A stretch of DNA of 64,000 bases from an uncultured Myxococcales bacterium (GTDB lineage Bacteria; Myxococcota_A; Bradymonadia; UBA7976; VGTA01): positions 19,295-83,294 of the forward strand of contig CAKZRU010000156.1 of NCBI GenBank assembly GCA_937146725.1, read 5' to 3'. Under the pieces are notes generated by a model. It was not told where the DNA came from. It worked only from the letters and a program-made list of their open reading frames with translations, and searched no databases. Within the stretch, counting starts at the first letter, position 1. Each line of letters starts with the position of its first letter. Both the position numbers and the translations under genes were made by a program. Shown here piece by piece: positions 49,243 to 58,099 of the stretch.

Positions 49243-50477
49243 GAAAAAGCCTTAAGAACGATAGAAACATTTGTTCCGCCAAAGCCAAAGCTATTCGAAA
49301 GAGTCGCTTGAATCGGAGCTTCTCTACCAATCAAGGGAACATAATCAAGATGACATTCTGGATCTGGATTATTTAGGTTAATCGTTGGTGGAACTTGATC
49401 TTTTGCAATAGCTAAGGCACAAATAATGACTTCAACAGCACCTGCTGCACCAAGCATATGTCCAAGCATAGATTTGGTACTACTGACCCAAAGCTTATTA
49501 GCATTCTCACCAAAAATGGCTTGGATCGCTTTAGTTTCCGCAATGTCTCCGGCAGGTGTAGATGTGCCATGTGCGTTGAGATATTGAATATCTTGTGGGT
49601 TCAGTTGAGCATCTCGAAGTGCATTACTCATAGCGAGCTTCGCACCTCGGCCATCGGGAGCCGGTTGGGTAATATGATGGGCATCAGAAGACTGTCCATA
49701 GCCCACAAGTTCGGCATAAATCGTTGCGCCTCTGGCTTGAGCTCGCTCTAAAGACTCCAAAATAACAACACCGGCTCCTTCTGAAGAAACAAAACCATCT
49801 CGATCAAGATCAAAGGGCCTACTTGCGCCCTGTGGGTCATCATTACGCGTTGACAAAGCTTTCATAGCTGCAAAGCCACCAATGCCTAAGGGCGTAATCG
49901 TAGCTTCGGCTCCACCTGCAATCATCATGTCAGCATCACCCCAGGCAATCAAACGAGCAGCATCGCCAATACTATGAGCTCCGGTTGCGCATGCACTCAC
50001 ACTAGATAGATTAGGTCCTTGAGTCCCTAATTGCATGGAAATATGCCCCGGCGCCAAGTTTGCAATCAGCTTGGGAATCATAAGAGGACTCAACCGGCTA
50101 GGCCCCTTACTCGCCAACGTAATCGCCGCCTCTTCAAGACTTTCCAAGCCTCCTAAGCCAACACCAACTAATGAACCACAGCGTTCTGGTTCGACTAGAG
50201 GTAATTCAATCCCTGCATCTTCAATGGCTAGCTTTGCTGCAGCCACAGCAAATTGGATAAAGCGATCCATTCGTCTTGCTTCACGCTTATTAATCCATAC
50301 TTGAGGGTCAAAGGCTTTAACTTCACCTGCAATTTTCACGCTGAAGTTTTGAGCGTCAAACCGGGTGATCGCTCCAATTCCCGACTCCCCTTGCATTAGA
50401 CTGCTCCACTGTGAATCTAAGTGATGACCTAGTGGAGTAATCATTCCAACGCCGGTAATGACGACGCGGTGTTTCAT
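49239..50477 (-). CDS. fabF: 3-oxoacyl-[acyl-carrier-protein] synthase II
   Basis: KAS II architecture. Active-site Cys context ([14 protein letters not shown]), His/His motifs ([23 protein letters not shown]). 412 aa. Confidence 0.95.
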   Translation of the reverse strand: MKHRVVITGVGMITPLGHHLDSQWSSLMQGESGIGAITRFDAQNFSVKIAGEVKAFDPQVWINKREARRMDRFIQFAVAAAKLAIEDAGIELPLVEPERCGSLVGVGLGGLESLEEAAITLASKGPSRLSPLMIPKLIANLAPGHISMQLGTQGPNLSSVSACATGAHSIGDAARLIAWGDADMMIAGGAEATITPLGIGGFAAMKALSTRNDDPQGASRPFDLDRDGFVSSEGAGVVILESLERAQARGATIYAELVGYGQSSDAHHITQPAPDGRGAKLAMSNALRDAQLNPQDIQYLNAHGTSTPAGDIAETKAIQAIFGENANKLWVSSTKSMLGHMLGAAGAVEVIICALAIAKDQVPPTINLNNPDPECHLDYVPLIGREAPIQATLSNSFGFGGTNVSIVLKAFS

Positions 50478-50479
50478 AC

Positions 50480-50737
50480 TTACCCTTTGCTAGACTTACG
50501 GAATTGCTCATCAATGTAGGCGATTGCTTTGTGTACAGTCGTAATGCCTTCGGCATCTTCATCAGGAATATCAATATCAAACTTTTCTTCCATAGCCATA
50601 ACAAGCTCAACCAGATCCAGCGAATCTGCACCTAAGTCGTCAGTAAAAGAAGCCTCAGGAGTCACTTCTTCCTCGCTAATATCAAGCTGATTAATGATAA
50701 TCTTACGAACTTCTTCTTCGATTTTTTTAGGACTCAT
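50480..50737 (-). CDS. acpP: Acyl carrier protein
   Basis: [18 protein letters not shown] with the phosphopantetheine Ser in DSLD. Second ATG chosen as start. Confidence 0.95.
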   Translation of the reverse strand: MSPKKIEEEVRKIIINQLDISEEEVTPEASFTDDLGADSLDLVELVMAMEEKFDIDIPDEDAEGITTVHKAIAYIDEQFRKSSKG

Positions 50738-50873
50738 CATAGTGATAACTCACTTTACTAATAGGCATAAGGTTCATGATTGCACAATAAGTGTACTAAG
50801 CGAATTCTGAACTAAGGTCAAGTAGCTCTCAACTGAATCACTTGATTAAGTTTTAAATCATATATGCTTGGCA

Positions 50874-51938
50874 TTAGCTTTCATGATTAGCTGATGGAAA
50901 AATAGCTAATTCCGATGTCGAGCTGACCCGTCCTGAATAAGGTGTACTTTCTAATGCCAATTCAAGATGCTCAATAAGTTCATAATCGATTGCTTTTCGT
51001 GCTTGCTTAATCGCTGAACAAAGCGCCAAAGCATCAGAACGTCCATGACTCACAATCACAAGACCATTCAATCCTAAAATGGGAGCCCCACCAAGTTTAC
51101 GCCAATCGATCTCGCTTTTAAAACGGCTCAAACTCGCCTTAAGTAAGGCACCAAGTATACGACCTTTTAAGCTTTTTGATAGATGGGATTTTAGACGTGC
51201 ACTTATGCCTTCAACCAAACCTTCGGTCAATTTAAGAGCAATATTACCTGTAAATCCATCTGTAACAATGACATCGCATTTGCCTAATGGAATGGAGTTT
51301 GCTTCGACAAAACCGACATAGTTTAAATCGGTAATACTTAGCAACTGATGAGCTGTTCTCAAGGTTTCTGTGCCCTTAGTGAGCTCACTTCCATTAGATA
51401 ATAAACCCACCCGAGGACGTTGAATCTTGGTATATAAACGACTGTAAGCCTCACCTAATACAGCGAATTGAGCAAACTGTGCCGGACGAACATCAGTATT
51501 TGCGCCCAAGTCTAGTAAAACGATTTCGCCTTGTGCGGCCGGCAAGATACTTGCGATCGCTGGACGTTCACAGCCCTTTAAGCGCTTAAGAGTGATTAAG
51601 CCTACCGCTAAAGCTGCTCCGCTATTACCCGCTGTCACAAAGGCTGCTCCCATCCCCTCTTTAATGGCACGCATACCTACATGCATGCTACTTTGCTTTT
51701 TGCTACGAGCAGCACGTGCAGGTGCTTCATGCATGCCAATCGCTTCATCGGCTTCCAAAAACGCAACTTGCTTAGCGAGTTCATGAGGGACTTGTTGCCA
51801 GTGGTCTTTTGAACCTACCAAGGTCAAAGGACCGAGTTGCTCATTAAGAGCAATCTCGACTGCTTTGATCACTTGCTTGGGGCCCAAGTCACCCCCAACG
51901 AGATCAATGAGGATCGGGCGCTGTTGTTGAGCGCTCAA
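50874..51938 (-). CDS. plsX: Phosphate acyltransferase PlsX
   Basis: ILIDLVGGDLGP N-terminal motif and full-length PlsX-like sequence. Start appears to be TTG (no in-frame ATG nearby). Confidence 0.88.
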   Translation of the reverse strand: MSAQQQRPILIDLVGGDLGPKQVIKAVEIALNEQLGPLTLVGSKDHWQQVPHELAKQVAFLEADEAIGMHEAPARAARSKKQSSMHVGMRAIKEGMGAAFVTAGNSGAALAVGLITLKRLKGCERPAIASILPAAQGEIVLLDLGANTDVRPAQFAQFAVLGEAYSRLYTKIQRPRVGLLSNGSELTKGTETLRTAHQLLSITDLNYVGFVEANSIPLGKCDVIVTDGFTGNIALKLTEGLVEGISARLKSHLSKSLKGRILGALLKASLSRFKSEIDWRKLGGAPILGLNGLVIVSHGRSDALALCSAIKQARKAIDYELIEHLELALESTPYSGRVSSTSELAIFPSANHES

Positions 51939-51947
51939 AATAACCTC

Positions 51948-52139
51948 TTAAGCCTCACCAACCTCGACTACAGGAATAACCTGTACGTCTTTGTATACAC
52001 CGCATGAGGTGCAGATATTATGGGGCATCTTAGGTGCGTCGCAATTGCCACAGCGATTGTAGGCGCGTGCACTAATCTTGTGAGTTGCTCTACGGCTATC
52101 TCGCTTTGACTTTGATTTTCTTCTCTTTGGTACTGCCAT
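51948..52139 (-). CDS. rpmF: 50S ribosomal protein L32
   Basis: MAVPKRRKSKSKRDSRRATHK, CGNC...CTSCG zinc ribbon. Canonical position upstream of plsX. Confidence 0.9.
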   Translation of the reverse strand: MAVPKRRKSKSKRDSRRATHKISARAYNRCGNCDAPKMPHNICTSCGVYKDVQVIPVVEVGEA

Positions 52140-52362
52140 GGGGAACCTCCCGTCAACTAATCGATATTAAACATACACTGGGTCTATAAAGACTTATTTT
52201 GAGTATTAAGAAAGCCTTATTACCAAAGTACGACAGATAAATAAAGAGAGAAGTAGAAGTCTTATTGTCTTTCTTTACTTTATTTGCTCTAGTAAAGTCT
52301 GATTATGCCCAAAATATATGAGTTTTAGGACTATAAATTTATTTTCTCAAAGGAGAAAAACT

Positions 52363-53946
52363 TTGCAAACAAAACATCTTTTAATCTTACTACTGTCGCT
52401 CAGTACTTTAGCTGTTGCTTGTGACAGTAGCAATGAAACACCTGACTCAGAGCAGGAAACTGAGCAAGTTATCGTCGAAGGTACGCTAGACTTTGCCAAT
52501 GCTCAAGGGGAGAGTCAGCGTCTTGACACTGCACTTCGGCTTGAAAACTCAGAACGCTCAAAAGCAAGTTTTACCGCCTTATGGAATGAAGAAATCATTA
52601 CTGATGCAGAATGGAGCTCTAGTGATGAGGATGTAGTGACTGTAATCCTTAATGAAGGTGTGGCACTCATCGAAGCCAAAGGTGCCGGAGAAGCTGAAAT
52701 CAGGCTCTCTTATCTAGGTAATGAGCTGAGCATGCCGGTCACAGTCATTGCCTTAACGGCATTAAAGGTGACCGGTCCCGAAAGAGCACTTAAACCAAGT
52801 GACAGCTTTAATCTTGGGGTCAAGTTTCAGTGGAGTGATGAAAGTACCGAGGCAATTGAATCTACTGACGGTATTACCTGGACGAGTAACACGGATGCAG
52901 CCACAGTAAGCGAAGCCGGTGAAGTCACCATTGTGGGCTTTGGAGCAGTTGAAATTAACGCTGAAATGACCACAGAGTCAGGTGAGGCCTTGAGTGGTAC
53001 ATGGCAAGTGACGATCGATTGTACTTATCCTGAGCCTAGTGGACGAAACTTCAATACCGATCTAGAAATTGGAACTGTCTTACCACCGATTAAATGGCAA
53101 ACCGCCTATTCGGCTATGGATGGTAATATGACCTCGTTATCAATGGAGGATGTATATTGTTCAGATGAATATAATTGGGTTAAAACAGTCACCTTCTTAA
53201 TTAGCGCTGGCTGGTGTACAGCTTGTCCTGCTCATTTAAGAGCAGTGCGTGATATGAGTGATGAACTTAAAGAGGCAGGCGGCTTACTTGTATATGTTGA
53301 AGTACAAGATGATGCTGGTGAACCCGCAGACAGTGACTTTGCTTGGGGTGAACTTTCTGAACTTCTTGGACCTACAAATGGCTTCTTTGTTGGAGATAAA
53401 GAAACCCAGCCTCTTACTCGTTTCTTTGGTCGCTCATCCGCGATTCAAGCTTTTCCTGATGCCTATGTTGTTAGACGTAGAGATATGCAAATCCTAACCA
53501 GCCTTGAACTGAATCGCTCTGTTGGCGTATTGCCTTTAATCAGAATCGCCGAAGATCCAGAGCAAGATTGGAGTACGATTATGCCTCCTCCATTTGAATC
53601 GAGCTGTGTTGATGGAGATGACGAAGCTTCAGAGCCAAATGACACGCCCGATGAAGCAACAATGATTGAACCTGGTACCTATGAAGGCGCTATGTGTAGC
53701 GAAGCGCCTGATTTTTATCAAATCTCCGTTGAGGGTCCATGGACTTTCAGTATCGCTTTTTCACATGCCGAAGCTGATCTAGATATTTTCCAATTTGCAG
53801 TCGGACAAAGCGGAGGAGATCCGGTTGCGGTCAGTAATGGAACTATGGATGTAGAAAGCATTAGTGGAGAGGGTCCGGCCGTTATTGGTATTAGTAGCTA
53901 TACTCGAACAAGTGCTAGCTACACAATTACTCTTGAAGCGCTCTAA
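52363..53946 (+). CDS. Lipoprotein with Big-like domains, thioredoxin-like CxxC module and pre-peptidase C-terminal (PPC) domain
   Basis: Likely TTG start at 52363, 7 nt after AGGAG, giving (M)QTKHLLILLLSLSTLAVAC-DSSNE. The track ATG at 52318 adds 15 non-signal residues. Thioredoxin-like motif VTFLISAGWCTACPAHL. PPC-like segment EPNDTPDEATMIEPGTYEGAMCSEAPDFYQISV at the C-terminus. Confidence 0.6.
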   Translation: MQTKHLLILLLSLSTLAVACDSSNETPDSEQETEQVIVEGTLDFANAQGESQRLDTALRLENSERSKASFTALWNEEIITDAEWSSSDEDVVTVILNEGVALIEAKGAGEAEIRLSYLGNELSMPVTVIALTALKVTGPERALKPSDSFNLGVKFQWSDESTEAIESTDGITWTSNTDAATVSEAGEVTIVGFGAVEINAEMTTESGEALSGTWQVTIDCTYPEPSGRNFNTDLEIGTVLPPIKWQTAYSAMDGNMTSLSMEDVYCSDEYNWVKTVTFLISAGWCTACPAHLRAVRDMSDELKEAGGLLVYVEVQDDAGEPADSDFAWGELSELLGPTNGFFVGDKETQPLTRFFGRSSAIQAFPDAYVVRRRDMQILTSLELNRSVGVLPLIRIAEDPEQDWSTIMPPPFESSCVDGDDEASEPNDTPDEATMIEPGTYEGAMCSEAPDFYQISVEGPWTFSIAFSHAEADLDIFQFAVGQSGGDPVAVSNGTMDVESISGEGPAVIGISSYTRTSASYTITLEAL

Positions 53947-53955
53947 GAACAGATA

Positions 53956-54894
53956 ATGAGCCTTAAGCAAGTAGAACAAGTTTGTGCTTGGGCTCCTGCC
54001 ACGATTGCCAATTTGAATATCGGTTTTGATCTGCTAGGTCTTGCTTTAACCCAACCTCAAGAGCGAATGTGGGCTCGTCGTCTATCCAAAGTTCAAAAGG
54101 TTGAGTTAATCTTAGAAGAAGGCTCTACCCTACCTCGCTCCGCTGATAAAAATATAGCTGGGCGAGCCGCCTTGTCTCTTTTAGAAAAAACACAAGCGAA
54201 TTTTGGGGTTGAGCTTCGTTTGGAAAAGTCTATTTTACCGGGCAGCGGTATCGGTTCAAGCGCGGCAAGTGCAGTCGCAGCAGTTGTAGCCACGGCCGCT
54301 CTACTTCCACAAATGCCTTCCATGGAGCTTTTACTCAACTGCGCTCTTGATGGAGAAGAGCTTGCGAGTGGTGCTCGGCACTGTGACAATGTTGCTCCAG
54401 CTCTTTATGGTGGTCTTGTATTAAGCCATGACTATGGACAGATGATTTCCTTACCTGTACCCGATTGGACCATTGTTGTTTTGCACCCTCAGGTACAAGT
54501 AAGAACCGCTGAAGCCCGTTCTGTTTTACCAACAACAATCCCTTTGGCAACCTGTACTCAATCCCTAGCTTGGATGGCACAATTTATACATTCATGCCAT
54601 ACAGGTCAGCACAAAGAGGCCGCTTTCGCTTTAAAAGACCTCTTTGTTGGCCCGGCTCGTGAACACTTAATCCCTTACTTTGACCAATGTAAACAAATTG
54701 CCTTGTCATTAGGTGCGATCTCCGGTGGCATTTCAGGAAGTGGCCCTTCTAGTTTTTGGATTTGTCTCACGCTTCGCCAAGCTCAAGCTGTGGAGTTTGG
54801 CTTAAAGCAACTTATGCAGAATGCTCAGCTTGAACATAAAACCTATATTAGTCAGATTAACACGCAAGGTGCCTATGCGATACCACAGTCTTAG
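53956..54894 (+). CDS. thrB: Homoserine kinase
   Basis: GHMP kinase motif PGSGIGSSAASAVAAVVA. N-terminal PATIANLNIGFDLLGLAL. Confidence 0.85.
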   Translation: MSLKQVEQVCAWAPATIANLNIGFDLLGLALTQPQERMWARRLSKVQKVELILEEGSTLPRSADKNIAGRAALSLLEKTQANFGVELRLEKSILPGSGIGSSAASAVAAVVATAALLPQMPSMELLLNCALDGEELASGARHCDNVAPALYGGLVLSHDYGQMISLPVPDWTIVVLHPQVQVRTAEARSVLPTTIPLATCTQSLAWMAQFIHSCHTGQHKEAAFALKDLFVGPAREHLIPYFDQCKQIALSLGAISGGISGSGPSSFWICLTLRQAQAVEFGLKQLMQNAQLEHKTYISQINTQGAYAIPQS

Positions 54895-56158
54895 TTCCCA
54901 TCCTATTGAGCTTAGTTTTAGTGAGGCAGTGATCCAAGGACAGGCGACTGATGGTGGTCTATTTTTCCCACAAACGATCCCCAAAAAGCAAAATTGGCAC
55001 TCTCTTGCTCAATCTTTGCTTACACCTGCTGATATCGCCATAGAGCTATTAGCGCCAATGCTTAGGCCCGATGTGGACCAAGAAACTTTACATAAGATCT
55101 GCCAAAAGGCCTTTAATTTTGAAATCCCACTAATACAATTAGATGAGCAACTTTGGGTTTTGGAGCTTTTTCATGGACCTAGCGCTGCCTTTAAAGATAT
55201 TGGGGCACGTTTTTTATCAAGACTGCTCAGCTATATTTCATCCACAAAGCTCACCATTCTTGTTGCCACAAGCGGTGACACAGGGGGCGCCGTTGCTTCT
55301 GGTTTTCATCAAGTTCCCAATATTGAGGTCGTGATCCTGTATCCCAAAGGCCGCGTGTCTCCCTTACAAGAAAAGCAACTGACCTGTTGGGGAGATAATA
55401 TTACAGCTTTAGCCGTTGAAGGTAGCTTTGATGATTGTCAAGCCATGGTAAAGGCAATGCTGAGTGACCAACAAGTTCGGCAAAAACGAGCTTTAAGCTC
55501 GGCAAACTCAATTAATTTAGCACGTTGGCTACCACAGGCTACTTATTATGCTTGGGCCTCTGCTCAACTTCAACAAGCACCTTATTTTGTTGTACCTTCG
55601 GGTAATTTAGGTAATTTAGCGGCCGGTATATTTGCTTGGCGTCGTGGTATGTCAACTAAGGGATTTATTGCTGCCACAAATCGTAATGATGTTTTTCCCC
55701 ACTATCTACAAAATGGACAATACCAAGCTAAAAAATCGGTGCATACCCCCTCTAATGCAATGGATGTTGGGAACCCTTCAAATCATCCACGCATTGAAGC
55801 TCTTTTTGATCATGACCTAAGCGCTATGAGAACAATGGTAAAAGGCATTGCTATTGATGATGAACAGACTTTGGCCAGTATGAAACATGCGAATCAACAG
55901 TATCAATATATCTTTTGCCCACATGGGGCCGTGGCCTTTGCGGCTTATCAACAGCTAAGTAGTGTACAGCGCAGAGCACCTCATATACTTCTAGCGACTG
56001 CACATCCGGCCAAGTTTAAGGAAGTTGTTGAACCTGTCTTGAACCAAGTTCTCCCTTTACCTCAAGCGCTTGCGCACCTTAAAGATGCATTTAGTCTTCC
56101 CAAAAAGAGTTTAAAACCCACCGCTCAGGCTTTGAAGGACTTTCTTCTTTCAGAATGA
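54875..56158 (+). CDS. thrC: Threonine synthase
   Basis: ATG at 54875 (MRYHSLSS...) overlaps thrB by 20 nt. PLP-lysine motif FHGPSAAFKDIGARFLS. Confidence 0.9.
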   Translation: MRYHSLSSHPIELSFSEAVIQGQATDGGLFFPQTIPKKQNWHSLAQSLLTPADIAIELLAPMLRPDVDQETLHKICQKAFNFEIPLIQLDEQLWVLELFHGPSAAFKDIGARFLSRLLSYISSTKLTILVATSGDTGGAVASGFHQVPNIEVVILYPKGRVSPLQEKQLTCWGDNITALAVEGSFDDCQAMVKAMLSDQQVRQKRALSSANSINLARWLPQATYYAWASAQLQQAPYFVVPSGNLGNLAAGIFAWRRGMSTKGFIAATNRNDVFPHYLQNGQYQAKKSVHTPSNAMDVGNPSNHPRIEALFDHDLSAMRTMVKGIAIDDEQTLASMKHANQQYQYIFCPHGAVAFAAYQQLSSVQRRAPHILLATAHPAKFKEVVEPVLNQVLPLPQALAHLKDAFSLPKKSLKPTAQALKDFLLSE

Positions 56159-56204
56159 GCGAGATGAAGATGAGTAAGATGAAGATGAGCCAAATGCGCT
56201 TAAC

Positions 56205-58085
56205 TTAGGGACAGGCAAATAGAGTTTCGAGCTGAGTTAATAACTGATTTACAGCATCAGAATCAGCCATAGGTAAAGTATTCCATGCGTTCTGCCAAGC
56301 TTCTTGATTCAGCGTTGGATCTTTTAACAAGGCTGCTCGAGTCAGTTGTGGACCTAAAATACTGAGTGTGATTAATGATGAACGATTACTTTCCTCATTA
56401 GCACCAAGCTGAGTGAGTTGAGAAATCAGGATTTGCGCATAGCCAAAATCAAGAGCTCGTTCTAATTGATCTAAAACTTGAACATGAAGCTCTGCATCTT
56501 CAGAGATTTCTGCTGAATCTAAATCCCGCCAACAACGCACCGCTAAATGTGCATCAAATAAGTTTTGATAAGCACTCTCGGAAGCAAGCTTAATTTCTGA
56601 TCCTAAACCAAAAGGTTCTTCATCAAGTTGCTTTGCCCCATTGCAGTATGCCCAATGGGAGTCACAGTCAGCCGCTTTACCCGCACAAGTATAGGCCTCT
56701 TTGTAGGTACTGACATAAAAGAACCAAAGCAGTCCGGCCTTAATTTTAGCCGCATTGCTTTCCATATTCTGACCCAGATTGCCTTCAGCAAAAGCATTTA
56801 AGATCAATGGTTCAATTTGAGCTGGGCCAACACAATAGTTTGGCCAAAGCTCTGCTGCATCAGCGCTGGCACAGTCGGCTCCTTCTGGTGCTTCAAGATG
56901 AGCATCATATCGTCGAGTGACTCGACTCCCTACGCCACCATCCTCACCATAAATCAACTCTGCTTGAATAAAGTCTTCAGCACTCATTTGTTCATTACGC
57001 CATAAAAGATCAGCAATCGCTTCATAAGCGGCAACTCGTGCAGCGCTTGAAGGCGTGTTTGCACCAGCAAGTTCATAGCGTCCGGAGTCGCTGATACACA
57101 TGGGCCATGAATCGGCGGGATAGTCTGTTGCAACAGACGTACATTCTTCGGCCATTTCACCGGCCATTTCGCCGGCCATTTCACCGGCCATTTCACCGGC
57201 CATTTCACCGGCCATTTCACCGGCCATTTCGCCGGCTGTTTCACAATCAGTGCATGGTTCAGCAACAACTCTTAGAATATATCTAGGTGCTTCTGCTGAA
57301 TCACTCTCAATCAGTACGCGACCAATGACTGTGTCAATAGCATTATTGGGGGGATCATATTTGAGATAAAAGGAGTGCTCCTCACCTGAAAGTAAGCTTA
57401 GTCCCTCAGCATTAAATTGATACCCTTGACAGGCATCTCCGTCTAAGGTCGCACATAATGATAATTGACCACGACCCACTTCTCCGGTGGCTGCTAAACA
57501 GGCATCATCGCTATCTATAAAGCATAGTTTGGATATAGTTAAAGGTGCTAAACCAATGCTTTTAATTTGTACACGATCCGTTAAAGCCATCTCCGCTTGG
57601 TTAGAGCTCAAAGTAATTGTACCCTGAGTTGCTTCTAACTCGCCGTTGATATTGCTGGTTACTCGTAAAGCCGGATCAAGATCTGGGGTTGTTATATCTA
57701 TCGTATAAGTACCGGCATTACTCACCAAAGTAAGTGTTGCTTGATCGCTTACTGCATTAGTTGGCGACCATTGTAGTTGAAGTATCTTACTTTCCCCACT
57801 GGTAATCCGGACCGTTTCACTTGTCCAATCATCCGCGTCAATAAGACTGATTTCTTTGCTATCGTCGCTTTCTATTAAGCTAAGCTCGGTAAGCAAAACA
57901 TCGGCTGAGCCAATGTTACTTAGCTCTACTTGCGCAGAACTTGTGGCACCAATCATTTCTGGTACAGCAAAGCTGATTGAGTTTGTTGAAAGCGCTAGAG
58001 TTGGATCAGAGCTTTGGCTGATATCTCCGGTACAAGCATTTAGTAAAACTCCACAGCAAGCCATGGTGAAATAAGTTTTATTCAT
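56205..58085 (-). CDS. Lipoprotein with N-terminal Ig-like domains, (AGEM)8 tandem repeat linker and Cys-containing helical C-terminal domain
   Basis: ATG at 58085. Lipobox MACCGVLLNAC-TGD. Eight AGEM repeats. C-terminal domain with paired Cys (CAGKAADCDSHWAYCNG). Confidence 0.7.
   Translation of the reverse strand: MNKTYFTMACCGVLLNACTGDISQSSDPTLALSTNSISFAVPEMIGATSSAQVELSNIGSADVLLTELSLIESDDSKEISLIDADDWTSETVRITSGESKILQLQWSPTNAVSDQATLTLVSNAGTYTIDITTPDLDPALRVTSNINGELEATQGTITLSSNQAEMALTDRVQIKSIGLAPLTISKLCFIDSDDACLAATGEVGRGQLSLCATLDGDACQGYQFNAEGLSLLSGEEHSFYLKYDPPNNAIDTVIGRVLIESDSAEAPRYILRVVAEPCTDCETAGEMAGEMAGEMAGEMAGEMAGEMAGEMAEECTSVATDYPADSWPMCISDSGRYELAGANTPSSAARVAAYEAIADLLWRNEQMSAEDFIQAELIYGEDGGVGSRVTRRYDAHLEAPEGADCASADAAELWPNYCVGPAQIEPLILNAFAEGNLGQNMESNAAKIKAGLLWFFYVSTYKEAYTCAGKAADCDSHWAYCNGAKQLDEEPFGLGSEIKLASESAYQNLFDAHLAVRCWRDLDSAEISEDAELHVQVLDQLERALDFGYAQILISQLTQLGANEESNRSSLITLSILGPQLTRAALLKDPTLNQEAWQNAWNTLPMADSDAVNQLLTQLETLFACP
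57150..57236. repeat. Eight tandem copies of 12 bp (ggccatttc[ag]cc) encoding (AGEM)8
   Basis: Direct reading. In-frame. Confidence 0.95.
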
Positions 58086-58099
58086 GAGTATTTGACTCT

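Noticed and set aside
50356-50631. 91-aa minus-strand ORF overlapping acpP/fabF junction, and 51079..51786 + strand ORFs inside plsX
   Set aside because: Overlap with highly conserved housekeeping genes. No independent support.
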